64,000 nt of DNA from an uncultured Phycisphaerales bacterium (GTDB taxonomy: Bacteria > Planctomycetota > Phycisphaerae > Phycisphaerales > UBA1924): positions 5,568-69,567 of the forward strand of contig CALLYM010000160.1 of assembly GCA_937858155.1 (NCBI GenBank), given 5' to 3'. Under the pieces are notes generated by a model, which ran no database searches, was not told the origin of the DNA, and worked only from the letters and a program-made list of their open reading frames with translations. The stretch's first letter is position 1; every line of letters begins with the position of its first letter. The position numbers and the translations under genes were made by a program. Below, one piece after another: positions 15,592-23,409 of the stretch.

Positions 15592-15665
15592 TGGGCCCGA
15601 GCAGAGTCGAACTGCTGACCTCACCCTTATCAGGGGTGCGCTCTAGCCAACTGAGCTACGAGCCC
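15592..15665 (-). tRNA. tRNA-Ile (anticodon GAU); CCA not encoded
   Basis: The minus strand reads GGGCTCGTAGCTCAGTTGGCTAGAGCGCACCCCTGATAAGGGTGAGGTCAGCAGTTCGACTCTGCTCGGGCCCA. It folds as a cloverleaf by hand: 7-bp acceptor with one G-U pair, D arm GCTC/GAGC, anticodon stem CACCC/GGGTG with loop CTGATAA, and T arm AGCAG/CTGCT with TTCGA. Confidence 0.95.
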
Positions 15666-15747
15666 GCTGAGATGTGGGGCGAGTATAGCCCTCCCTGCAT
15701 ATGCCGGACGATGGGGTGTGCCAAGCGGTCCTCCCCGATCGAGGCCA

Positions 15748-16890
15748 TTAGAACACGAAGGTCGCCTGGAAACGGAGGTAGGTCTGTTCCTCGCTGGAAG
15801 CGAGCAACCCGTTGTTGGCGTTGGCGCTGACAACGGACGACGACGCAGCTTGGTCGTCCAGCCCGATGGTGAGGTCCGCTGTCAGTTTCAGGGCCGCACT
15901 CTCCGGGAAGACATAGTGAGAAACGCCCACGGTGAGCTCGCGGAAGTCCTCGCCGGCAGCCCGGTCGCTGTCGGGCAGGATGTGGCTGAACCGGGCGAAG
16001 ACCTCGGTCTGGTCGGTGACGAAGTAGCCGCCCTGGATCATCCAGCCCATGTCGTTGAAGTCGGTGCCCGCCGCGGTTTCCACGCTGCGGCCCACGAACG
16101 CGGCGTAGACACTCCAGCCGTCGCCCTTGGCTGCGGCGTCGAGCGTGTACGTGAAGTTGGAGGCGTCTGTGGTGCCGCCGGTCTCGCCCCCGTCCTGATA
16201 GTGGAGGGCCGCACCGGCCATACCGGAGTATGGCTTGCCGCGCCAGCCGGCAAAGTTATCGAAGCGTTTGAAGTCTTCGCCTTCCCACAGGAACTCGCCG
16301 CGGGCGGTGGCGCCGAAGTCGTTGGCCTCGGAGTCGAAGGACGTGTTCAGCTGGTTGATGCCGTCGCTCACCATGCCCATGAAGCGGAACTGCTTGTCGG
16401 TGTAGGTGGCGTCGATGCCCTGGCTGCGTGCACCAGTGAACACGCTGTTGAGCGTGGAACGCTCAACGGCGAGCTGGTCGGTGTCTGCAACGAGTTCCTC
16501 CTTCAGGATGGGCAGTTTGAACTGGCCGCCGCGGAAACGCCACGCGCCGTCCTTGTACGCGACGAAGGTGTCGGCGGGCTTGAAAGTGGAATCGGACTGC
16601 ATGTCCACGTCCACCTTGAAACCCCACTGCTTGTTGAAGTCCCCGGAGAAAATCACGCGGACACGGCGGAACAGGAAGCCCTCCGTGAAGTCCTGGTTCT
16701 CGCCCGCGTTGTCGCGGAAGTTGTCGTACTGCCGGAACTGCGCGAACCCGCCGAGGTTCAGGCGGGTATCACCCTGGGACATGAAGAAGCCCTTGGCGTC
16801 GTGCCCGGCCGCGCCAGCGGCATCGTCAGCAAGGAGCGGGGAGGTGGCGGCGGCGAGAACGAGAATGGCGGGGGTCAGGAGTGGGCGCAT
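15748..16890 (-). CDS. outer-membrane porin (beta-barrel; OprO/P-like family is a guess)
   Basis: Signal peptide MRPLLTPAILVLAAATSPLLA. The body shows an alternating beta-strand pattern rich in G/D/N/Y/F. The C-terminus YLRFQATFVF is an OMP-type terminal Phe. Confidence 0.7.
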   Translation of the reverse strand: MRPLLTPAILVLAAATSPLLADDAAGAAGHDAKGFFMSQGDTRLNLGGFAQFRQYDNFRDNAGENQDFTEGFLFRRVRVIFSGDFNKQWGFKVDVDMQSDSTFKPADTFVAYKDGAWRFRGGQFKLPILKEELVADTDQLAVERSTLNSVFTGARSQGIDATYTDKQFRFMGMVSDGINQLNTSFDSEANDFGATARGEFLWEGEDFKRFDNFAGWRGKPYSGMAGAALHYQDGGETGGTTDASNFTYTLDAAAKGDGWSVYAAFVGRSVETAAGTDFNDMGWMIQGGYFVTDQTEVFARFSHILPDSDRAAGEDFRELTVGVSHYVFPESAALKLTADLTIGLDDQAASSSVVSANANNGLLASSEEQTYLRFQATFVF

Positions 16891-17162
16891 CGTGGAGTTT
16901 CTTTCGTATTGGTGAAAGGGGAAGTGGCTGGCGGGGGAGTCTAACGGAACGTGTTCTGTTCCATCAAGGTACATCGGGGGTGGGTGTTCGGGCCGACTTG
17001 CGTAAGTGCCACTCTAACGCACTGTTATGGTTGTGCGAATAATTTGTTAAGGCGTGGCCTTTCTACGCTTCCTGTGAGTGTGGACAAAAATCCTCTTCGC
17101 CTGATACGCGAAGTTTCCACGGGCGTACCTCTCCTGCTATTGGCTTGCGTCAGGAGGTTCGG

Positions 17163-18134
17163 ATGCGGTGTGCAGGGTACTTGGTCGCTTCGGTCGTTCT
17201 TCTGGGAGTGGGGTTGCCTTTGGGCGTTTCGTGCGCGTCGCGTCAGGCGTCACAGGAGCGAACCGTGGCGCATGTCGATCCTCCTGCGGTGACCGATGAC
17301 AAGCCGCGGGACTATCCGGGCTTGCACAATGTCGTTACGTACCACGACGGGTACTACTCCGGCAGCGTGCCGGAGGGCGGGGCCGGCTTTGACACGCTCG
17401 CCGGGATGGGGGTCAAAACCATCATCAGCGTGGACGGCGCCGAGCCAGATGTCAAGGAAGCACGCCGTCACGGGATGCGGTACATCCACCTGCCGATCGC
17501 GTACAACGGCTTTGACAACGAGCGCAAGGTGGAACTGGTGCGTGCCACGCGCGACGCGATCGCGCAGGGGCCCGTGTACATCCACTGCCACCACGGCAAG
17601 CACAGGAGCGCAGGAGCGGCCGGGACGGTGGTCGCGAGCCTGGGCTGGGCGACGCCCGACGAGATGGTCTCACGGATGAAAGTGTCAGGGACAGCGCCCA
17701 GCTACAAGGGTTTGTACGCGTGCACCGCAGACGCGCGGGTGTTGACGGAAGTGGAGATCAACGCTGCGCCGGCCAACTTCCCGTCCGTGTCCCCGCCCAA
17801 GGGCTTTGTGAAGCTCATGGTGGAGGTCGACGAGCACGTTGAGCACCTCAAGGCCATTGAAAAGGCCGGTTGGAAGGCACCGGCGGACCATCCCGACCTT
17901 GTGCCGGTCGCCGAGGCGGCTCGGTTGGGTGACCTGCTCCGTTTGTGCGCGACGGGCGAGCGTGCGAAGCGTCACGTGGCGGACTTTGCTCAAGAACTCC
18001 AGGCCGGGAGCGTGCAGGCGCAGGCAATGGAAGACCGCCTCGCGGACGCATCGCTGGACACTGCCGCGCTCTCGGCACGGTTTGCCGAGCTCAACGCGTG
18101 CTGCAAGTCCTGCCACGCGAAGTACCGCGATTGA
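17163..18134 (+). CDS. exported fusion protein: PTP/dual-specificity-phosphatase-fold domain (CX5R) plus C-terminal class II cytochrome c (cytochrome c'-like) domain
   Basis: AGGAGG lies 5 nt upstream of ATG 17163. Signal peptide MRCAGYLVASVVLLGVGLPLGVSCAS. The P-loop is VYIHCHHGKHRSAGAAG. The C-terminal ~110 aa are helical and end ...FAELNACCKSCHAKYRD, a CXXCH a few residues from the C-terminus as in cytochromes c'. Confidence 0.7.
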   Translation: MRCAGYLVASVVLLGVGLPLGVSCASRQASQERTVAHVDPPAVTDDKPRDYPGLHNVVTYHDGYYSGSVPEGGAGFDTLAGMGVKTIISVDGAEPDVKEARRHGMRYIHLPIAYNGFDNERKVELVRATRDAIAQGPVYIHCHHGKHRSAGAAGTVVASLGWATPDEMVSRMKVSGTAPSYKGLYACTADARVLTEVEINAAPANFPSVSPPKGFVKLMVEVDEHVEHLKAIEKAGWKAPADHPDLVPVAEAARLGDLLRLCATGERAKRHVADFAQELQAGSVQAQAMEDRLADASLDTAALSARFAELNACCKSCHAKYRD

Positions 18135-18161
18135 GCGCCGTACCCCGGCGGAACGATGCGA

Positions 18162-19043
18162 CTACTTCCGCTCGGGCCGCTTCGCCTCTCGGCTCAGCTC
18201 CCGCTTCACAGTCCCGCCTTCGCGCACCGTGGTGCCGCTCCGCTGAACCTCACCACCCCGGGGGCCCTGCGAGACACCCTCACGCTTGACGGTGTTGGCT
18301 TCCTTCGACCAAGTATCGGTCGACATGACGACGCGGCCGCTGGGTCCCGTGGTAGACCCTGTGCGGACCAGGGTTTGGGTGTCCGCATCGCGTGTGCGCT
18401 GAGACTGGGAGGCAACGGTCTTGCCGTCGGGCAGGGTGTGGGTCGATTCACGCGTCACCGTGCCGTTCTCGCGTGTCATAGTGGCCTCTACCGTTGACGT
18501 CTTCCCGTTGGGGCCTGTGACTTCACCGCTGCGCGTGACCGTGTTGCCGTCGCGGGTCCACGTGTCGTCGGACATCACGATCCTGCCGTCCGGGAGCGTT
18601 CTGGTCGCGTCGCGGGTCACAGTGTCGCCCTCGCGCGTCAGCGTGGCTTCAACCGTTGACACCCTTCCGTCGGGCGCGGTCACCTCACCCTGGCGGGTGA
18701 CGGTGTTCCCCTCACGGGTCCACGTGTCGGACATCTCTACAGCGCCGCCGCCAGCGAGCGTGGTAGACCGCTCGCGAGACGCAGTGTTCCCGTCACGTGT
18801 CCTGGTCGCCGTCGTGGAGGTTGGCCTCTGGTCCCAGCCGCGGAACACCGGCAGGACGCGGAATCGCCCATCACCTCTTTGCACTCCCGGCGCGGTGGGC
18901 CCGGCGGCCGGGGCAGGCGCCGAGGGGGCGGCCTTTGCAACATCTGCTTCACCTGTGCTCGCAGGAACCTCGTCCGCGAGCACGGCGCTGGTGCCGGCGA
19001 ACATGACAAGCAGGAAGGCGATGGACCGAGAACCGCTGCGCAT
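18162..19043 (-). CDS. secreted Thr/Arg-rich tandem-repeat protein, unknown family
   Basis: AAGGAGG lies 6 nt upstream of ATG 19041-19043. Signal peptide MRSGSRSIAFLLVMFAGTSAVLA. There are two ~54-aa near-repeats, TWTR(E/D)GNTVTR.GEVT.P(D/N)G..STVEAT.TRE.(D/G)TVTR..T.TLPDG, plus degenerate copies. The track ORF extends to 19571, but that extension has no signal peptide or SD. Confidence 0.7.
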   Translation of the reverse strand: MRSGSRSIAFLLVMFAGTSAVLADEVPASTGEADVAKAAPSAPAPAAGPTAPGVQRGDGRFRVLPVFRGWDQRPTSTTATRTRDGNTASRERSTTLAGGGAVEMSDTWTREGNTVTRQGEVTAPDGRVSTVEATLTREGDTVTRDATRTLPDGRIVMSDDTWTRDGNTVTRSGEVTGPNGKTSTVEATMTRENGTVTRESTHTLPDGKTVASQSQRTRDADTQTLVRTGSTTGPSGRVVMSTDTWSKEANTVKREGVSQGPRGGEVQRSGTTVREGGTVKRELSREAKRPERK

Positions 19044-19240
19044 GAGAACCTCCTTGACGCTACCAAGGTGCGAAACACCGCGCGGGATCGCAACTGCTTG
19101 CAGGAGGAAGAATCGCGTGTGCGCAGCATCCGCGCGTCGCATGCGGAACGGGTTCCCTGGATGTACGGGCGATAATGCCGTGTGCGATATCACGCCGCAG
19201 CATCCGGGGCAGGCCGGGCTGGTCAAGAAGACAGGGGCAC

Positions 19241-21223
19241 TTAGTGCGAGGCCTCGGTGACGCGCAGGACTTCCTGCACGGTGGTGACTCCCTTGGCGAC
19301 CTTGCGCATGCCGTCGGCCCGCAGGGTGACCATGCCGCGCTCGATGCACAGGCGTCGGAACTCGGCGACGTTGGGATTGCGGGCGATGACATCGCGGAGC
19401 TGGTCGTCCACCACGAGCATTTCGTAGATGCCTACGCGGCCCGAGTAGCCCGTCTTGCGGCACTTCTCGCACCCGCGGGCCGCCCACACCTCGTCGGCGG
19501 CGAAGCCCTGCATCGTGAGGTACTCGGCCATCTCCTCGCTGGGCTTCTCCATCGCTTTGCACGAGGTGCACAGGCGCCGGATGAGGCGCTGGGCGAGCAC
19601 GGCGTTGACCGCGGCGCCGATGAGGAACGGCTCAAGGCCGATGTTGATGAGCCGCGTGATCGACGCGGGGGCGTCGTTGGTGTGCAGGGTGCTGAGCACC
19701 AGGTGGCCGGTGAGCGCGGCCTGCACGGCTGTGTGGGCCGTCTCGTGGTCGCGGATTTCGCCCAGCAGGATGACGTCGGGGTCCTGGCGAAGCAGGGCGC
19801 GGAGGGCCATCGCGAAGGTCATGCCGATCTTCTCGTGCACCTGCGTCTGCGTGATTCCCTCGAGGGTGTATTCCACCGGGTCCTCGACCGTGGACACGTT
19901 CATGGCGTTCTTGTCGATGCTGCGGAGCGACGCGTACAGCGTGGTCGTCTTGCCGCTGCCGGTGGGGCCCGTCACGAGCACGATGCCGTGGGGCGCGTCG
20001 ACCTGCTTCTTCCAGATGGTGAGCGTGTCCTCGTCGAAGCCCAGCTGGTCCAGCTCGACAGAGATGCTCTTGTCGTTCAGGATGCGCATGACGGTCTTCT
20101 CACCGCCCGAGCACGGGAGCGTGCTCACGCGGAGATCGACCTTGCGGCCAAGAACGCTCGCGCGGATGCGCCCGTCCTGCGGCATGCGGCGCTCGTCGAT
20201 CGCGAGGTTCGCCATGATCTTGATGCGGCTGGTGAGCGCGGCCCCCATGCTGGCCGGCGGGTTCAGCACCTCGTAGAGCTCGCCGTCGATGCGGAATCGG
20301 ACCTTGAGCTTCTTCTCGCTCGGTTCGATGTGGATATCGCTCGCCCCCTGCTGCAGGGCGAGCTGGATGATGTGGTTGACGTAGCGGATGACCGGGCTTT
20401 CCTTGGCCTCCTTGCCGAGGTCGACGCCCTGGTCTTCGGTCTTCTCGACCTGGACGTCACCCTCCTCGACCTCCGCGAGGATGTCGTTGACGTCGTTGGT
20501 CTGCTCCTGCTGGCCGTCCACCTTCTCGCCCATGATCTCCAGCGCGCCCTTGATGTCGAAGGCGGTGGTGAGCACGAGCTTCACGCCCTGGCACTGGAGG
20601 CGCGAGCGGACGGCGTCGAGCAGGAAGACATTGTCCGGCTGGGTCGTCGCCACCACCACGCGCGAACCCTCGGTGCGCAGCGGGATGACCATGTTCTGCT
20701 TGCAGAACTGCGTGGTGAGGCGCTGCATGAGGCGCCCGTCGAACCCGCCGTCGAGCCCCTTCTCCATGCTGATACGCTCGAAGGGCAGCCCGTTCACTTC
20801 CGCGACGATGGACTGCAGCGCCCCCTCGTCGATGCCCTGCTCCTGCAGCACGTCCACGAGCTTACGTCCGGGCGACGCCTTGACCACGCTCCGGGCGGTC
20901 TCGAGCTTGTCCGCGGCGATCACGTTCCGGGAGAGGAGCATCGCCTCGAGCTCGTCCGTGTTCGGGGGCTCGGCGTTGGCGTCGGCGCGGTAGACGTCCG
21001 CCACGGCGGGGCCCACCGTCGGCGCGATCGAGGCCGACCCGCGACCGGCCGGGTCGGTGGTCTGCTGCGTCTTCGCGAGCGCGCCCTGGTGCGCGGGCAC
21101 GTTCGGCAGGGGGGAGAAGGCGTCGACCGCCTTGTCGATGGTGTGCTTACGCGCGGGGGCCTGCTTGGCGGCATCGCCCACGCCCAGCTCGCTCAGGATG
21201 TCGTCGATGTTGTACTTCGCCAC
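19241..21223 (-). CDS. type II secretion / type IV pilus assembly ATPase (GspE/PilB family)
   Basis: GTG start preceded by GGAGGGAGAGG. Walker A is GPTGSGKTTTLYA. Also present are ILLGEIRDHETA, LVLSTLHTNDA and the tetracysteine CTSC...CEKC motif. The N-terminus has a GspE_N-like domain. Confidence 0.9.
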   Translation of the reverse strand: MAKYNIDDILSELGVGDAAKQAPARKHTIDKAVDAFSPLPNVPAHQGALAKTQQTTDPAGRGSASIAPTVGPAVADVYRADANAEPPNTDELEAMLLSRNVIAADKLETARSVVKASPGRKLVDVLQEQGIDEGALQSIVAEVNGLPFERISMEKGLDGGFDGRLMQRLTTQFCKQNMVIPLRTEGSRVVVATTQPDNVFLLDAVRSRLQCQGVKLVLTTAFDIKGALEIMGEKVDGQQEQTNDVNDILAEVEEGDVQVEKTEDQGVDLGKEAKESPVIRYVNHIIQLALQQGASDIHIEPSEKKLKVRFRIDGELYEVLNPPASMGAALTSRIKIMANLAIDERRMPQDGRIRASVLGRKVDLRVSTLPCSGGEKTVMRILNDKSISVELDQLGFDEDTLTIWKKQVDAPHGIVLVTGPTGSGKTTTLYASLRSIDKNAMNVSTVEDPVEYTLEGITQTQVHEKIGMTFAMALRALLRQDPDVILLGEIRDHETAHTAVQAALTGHLVLSTLHTNDAPASITRLINIGLEPFLIGAAVNAVLAQRLIRRLCTSCKAMEKPSEEMAEYLTMQGFAADEVWAARGCEKCRKTGYSGRVGIYEMLVVDDQLRDVIARNPNVAEFRRLCIERGMVTLRADGMRKVAKGVTTVQEVLRVTEASH

Positions 21224-21257
21224 GTGCCTCTCCCTCCGCGCGTGCCCGCGCGGGCGA

Positions 21258-21917
21258 TCAGTGCTTGCCGGTCTTCTTGGGCGGGTCGCCGAAGGTCTGC
21301 ATCGTGAGGTTGAAGCGGTAGCCCTCGGCCTCCAGGGTCACACCACGCCCCTCGATCGCGACCACGGTGAACTCACCGACCTTGCCGTTGAGGCCCACGG
21401 TCTCCTCGTTGATGCGGGCGAGCGGCACCCGTCCGCCCATGACCGTGTGGAGCTCGAGCTTCGCCACTTCGTTCATGAGGACGGCCTTGCGGGCGGCCTT
21501 GGTGCGGTCGTCGCGCTGTTCGGGCGTCTCGTTGACGGGCGCGTGCTGGGGCGTCATCGTGACCCGCGTATCGGTCCGCGTGCCGGTGTCCCGCGCCAGG
21601 AACGGGCTGTGGCCCCAGTCTTCCAGCGGCACGTCCAGCGGGCGGTTGAACCGCGCCAGGTCCGCCATGATGCGGTCGTAGGCCGCGGTCCTGTCCGCGT
21701 CTTCCTTGTACGTGCTTTCCGCGGAGACCTTCTCGAAGTTGATGCCCGAGCGGGTTCCGTAGGCGCGCATGCCCATAAGCACGCCCGCCGAGAGGGCGAG
21801 GATGACCGTGCCCACGATGAGCTGCGAAGGGGCGGATCGCTTCGCGCCGCCCGAATCGAGCATCACGGGAGCGCTGGCGTTGGCGTCGGGGCTGAGCTGA
21901 GGGTTGGTGGTCGGCAT
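21258..21917 (-). CDS. bitopic membrane protein, PilP/GspC-like by position and C-terminal beta domain
   Basis: One TM helix (LIVGTVILALSAGVLMGM). The C-terminus LARINEETVGLNGKVGEFTVVAIEGRGVTLEAEGYRFNL resembles the PilP/GspC HR-type domain. It occupies the pilP slot after pilO. Confidence 0.5.
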   Translation of the reverse strand: MPTTNPQLSPDANASAPVMLDSGGAKRSAPSQLIVGTVILALSAGVLMGMRAYGTRSGINFEKVSAESTYKEDADRTAAYDRIMADLARFNRPLDVPLEDWGHSPFLARDTGTRTDTRVTMTPQHAPVNETPEQRDDRTKAARKAVLMNEVAKLELHTVMGGRVPLARINEETVGLNGKVGEFTVVAIEGRGVTLEAEGYRFNLTMQTFGDPPKKTGKH

Positions 21918-21936
21918 GGGTGCTGGCTCCGTGTGC

Positions 21937-22497
21937 TTAGTTCGCCTGCGAGACCTTGGTGGCGGCGTCGTCCATGAAGTAGATGGAGAGGCTGAAGGAG
22001 ACCTTCACCTCGGCGCCGTCCTTGTTGTGCTCGGTGACCTTCATGTTGTGGATGCGGGTGATGCGCTCCATCTTCTCAACGCGCGAGAGGAAGTTGCGGA
22101 AACCCGTGAAGGTGCCCGTCGTCTCCATCTCAAGGGGCTGCTCCATGTACAGCCCGGCGGGCACCGCCTTGGCCGACTTGATGGAGGGCGGCTGCAGGCC
22201 GCTCTCGACCGCGGTGTCGGACACCTGGCGGACGATCGCGTCGATTTCCTTGTTCGTGGGCAGACGCGCCTCGATCTTGCGGATGCTCTCCGCGATCTCC
22301 TGGTTTGCACGCTCAAGGTCGGCGTTGCGCGCCGTCTCCTCCTTGAGCTTGGCGAGCAGGCCCTCGCGGTGCGTGATCTCGTCCTTGAGGTGCTTCACCT
22401 CCGCGTTCATCGGGCGGAAGACCAGGAAGTAGGCCGCCACCGGCAGGCCCACGACGACGAGGGCGACCGAGGCGCCCAGTGCTCCGTAGTGACGCAT
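21937..22497 (-). CDS. pilO: type IV pilus inner-membrane component PilO
   Basis: 186 aa with an N-terminal TM helix, a coiled coil (EVKHLKDEITHREGLLAKLKEE), and a ferredoxin-like C-terminus (...MEQPLEMETTGTFTGFRNFLSRVEKMERITRIHN). Confidence 0.75.
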   Translation of the reverse strand: MRHYGALGASVALVVVGLPVAAYFLVFRPMNAEVKHLKDEITHREGLLAKLKEETARNADLERANQEIAESIRKIEARLPTNKEIDAIVRQVSDTAVESGLQPPSIKSAKAVPAGLYMEQPLEMETTGTFTGFRNFLSRVEKMERITRIHNMKVTEHNKDGAEVKVSFSLSIYFMDDAATKVSQAN

Positions 22498-22500
22498 GGC

Positions 22501-23379
22501 TTAGTTCCCGCCTTTCGTGATGTCCGTGACTTCCAGCTGCCCATCGCCCTCGGCGTTGCTGAACGGGCCCGACTCGGGGGCCATCGCGTGCCCGTCGCCG
22601 GACTGCATGGCCTTGACGGTCGCCGTGCGCTGGTCCACCAGCGCCTGGAGGCTCGACGCGAGGGCCTTCTGGTCCACGTCCGTGCGGAGCGTGGCGACGA
22701 CCTCGTACTTGCGCAGGATCGTGTCCTGGAACTTCTCATCCTTGATGTACGTCAGCTCGACGCCGCTGAGCACCGGGCTCTGCTTGAGGCTGGCGATGTA
22801 GTCCGCGACGTCGTTGTTGTCGAGCGCGGTGCCGGTGACGGTGAGGGCGTAGCTGAACGTCGGTGCCGTGATCTTGGGCTTCTCGGGGGCTTCGTCCTTG
22901 CCGCCCTTGCCCTTGGACTTGGCCACGGTGCCCGAGAGCGTCTTGACCTTGGGGGCGGACGCGGGCTTGATGTCGTTGCGGGTGCCCTTGAGGTCCAGGG
23001 CGTCGATGCGCATGGTCATGGGCATGCGGAAGTCCAGCTCGCCCAGCACGGCCCAGCGGGGCACACGCTCCACGAGGGACGCGGTGATCTGCGCCTTCTC
23101 CATCATCTCAGCGCGCTGGGCACGGAGGGTGTCCAGCTGCGTGAGCTTCTTCTTTTCCGCCTCGCACGCCACGGTCACCTCGGTGTAGCGGGCCTTGAGG
23201 CCGCGCCACTGGATGTGCGTGACGACGAACGCGCCGACCGTCGCGCCCATCACCATCACGAACAGGCAGCACGTGATGATGTTGTTGCGGAACGCGGCCT
23301 TGCGGGCGATGTAGTCGCCCGGCAGGAACGACGCCTGGGAGGGCGTTGCGCTGGACTTACCTGAGGGAAGCAGGGGCAC
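22501..23379 (-). CDS. pilN: PilN-like fimbrial assembly protein with an internal Lys/Gly-rich insertion
   Basis: Conserved juxtamembrane start (LPGDYIARKAAFRNNII + TM), a coiled coil, and a C-terminal alpha/beta domain (ADYIASLKQSPVLSGVEL). It lies between pilM and pilO. Confidence 0.65.
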   Translation of the reverse strand: MPLLPSGKSSATPSQASFLPGDYIARKAAFRNNIITCCLFVMVMGATVGAFVVTHIQWRGLKARYTEVTVACEAEKKKLTQLDTLRAQRAEMMEKAQITASLVERVPRWAVLGELDFRMPMTMRIDALDLKGTRNDIKPASAPKVKTLSGTVAKSKGKGGKDEAPEKPKITAPTFSYALTVTGTALDNNDVADYIASLKQSPVLSGVELTYIKDEKFQDTILRKYEVVATLRTDVDQKALASSLQALVDQRTATVKAMQSGDGHAMAPESGPFSNAEGDGQLEVTDITKGGN

Positions 23380-23409
23380 GGGTTGCTCCTTGGAAGGGGG
23401 AATCTGGTC

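Noticed and set aside
18162-19571. The full 469-aa track ORF for the repeat protein.
   Set aside because: The N-terminal 176 residues are Arg/Pro/His-rich with no signal peptide. An internal ATG at 19043 has AAGGAGG at ideal spacing and is followed at once by a classical signal peptide.
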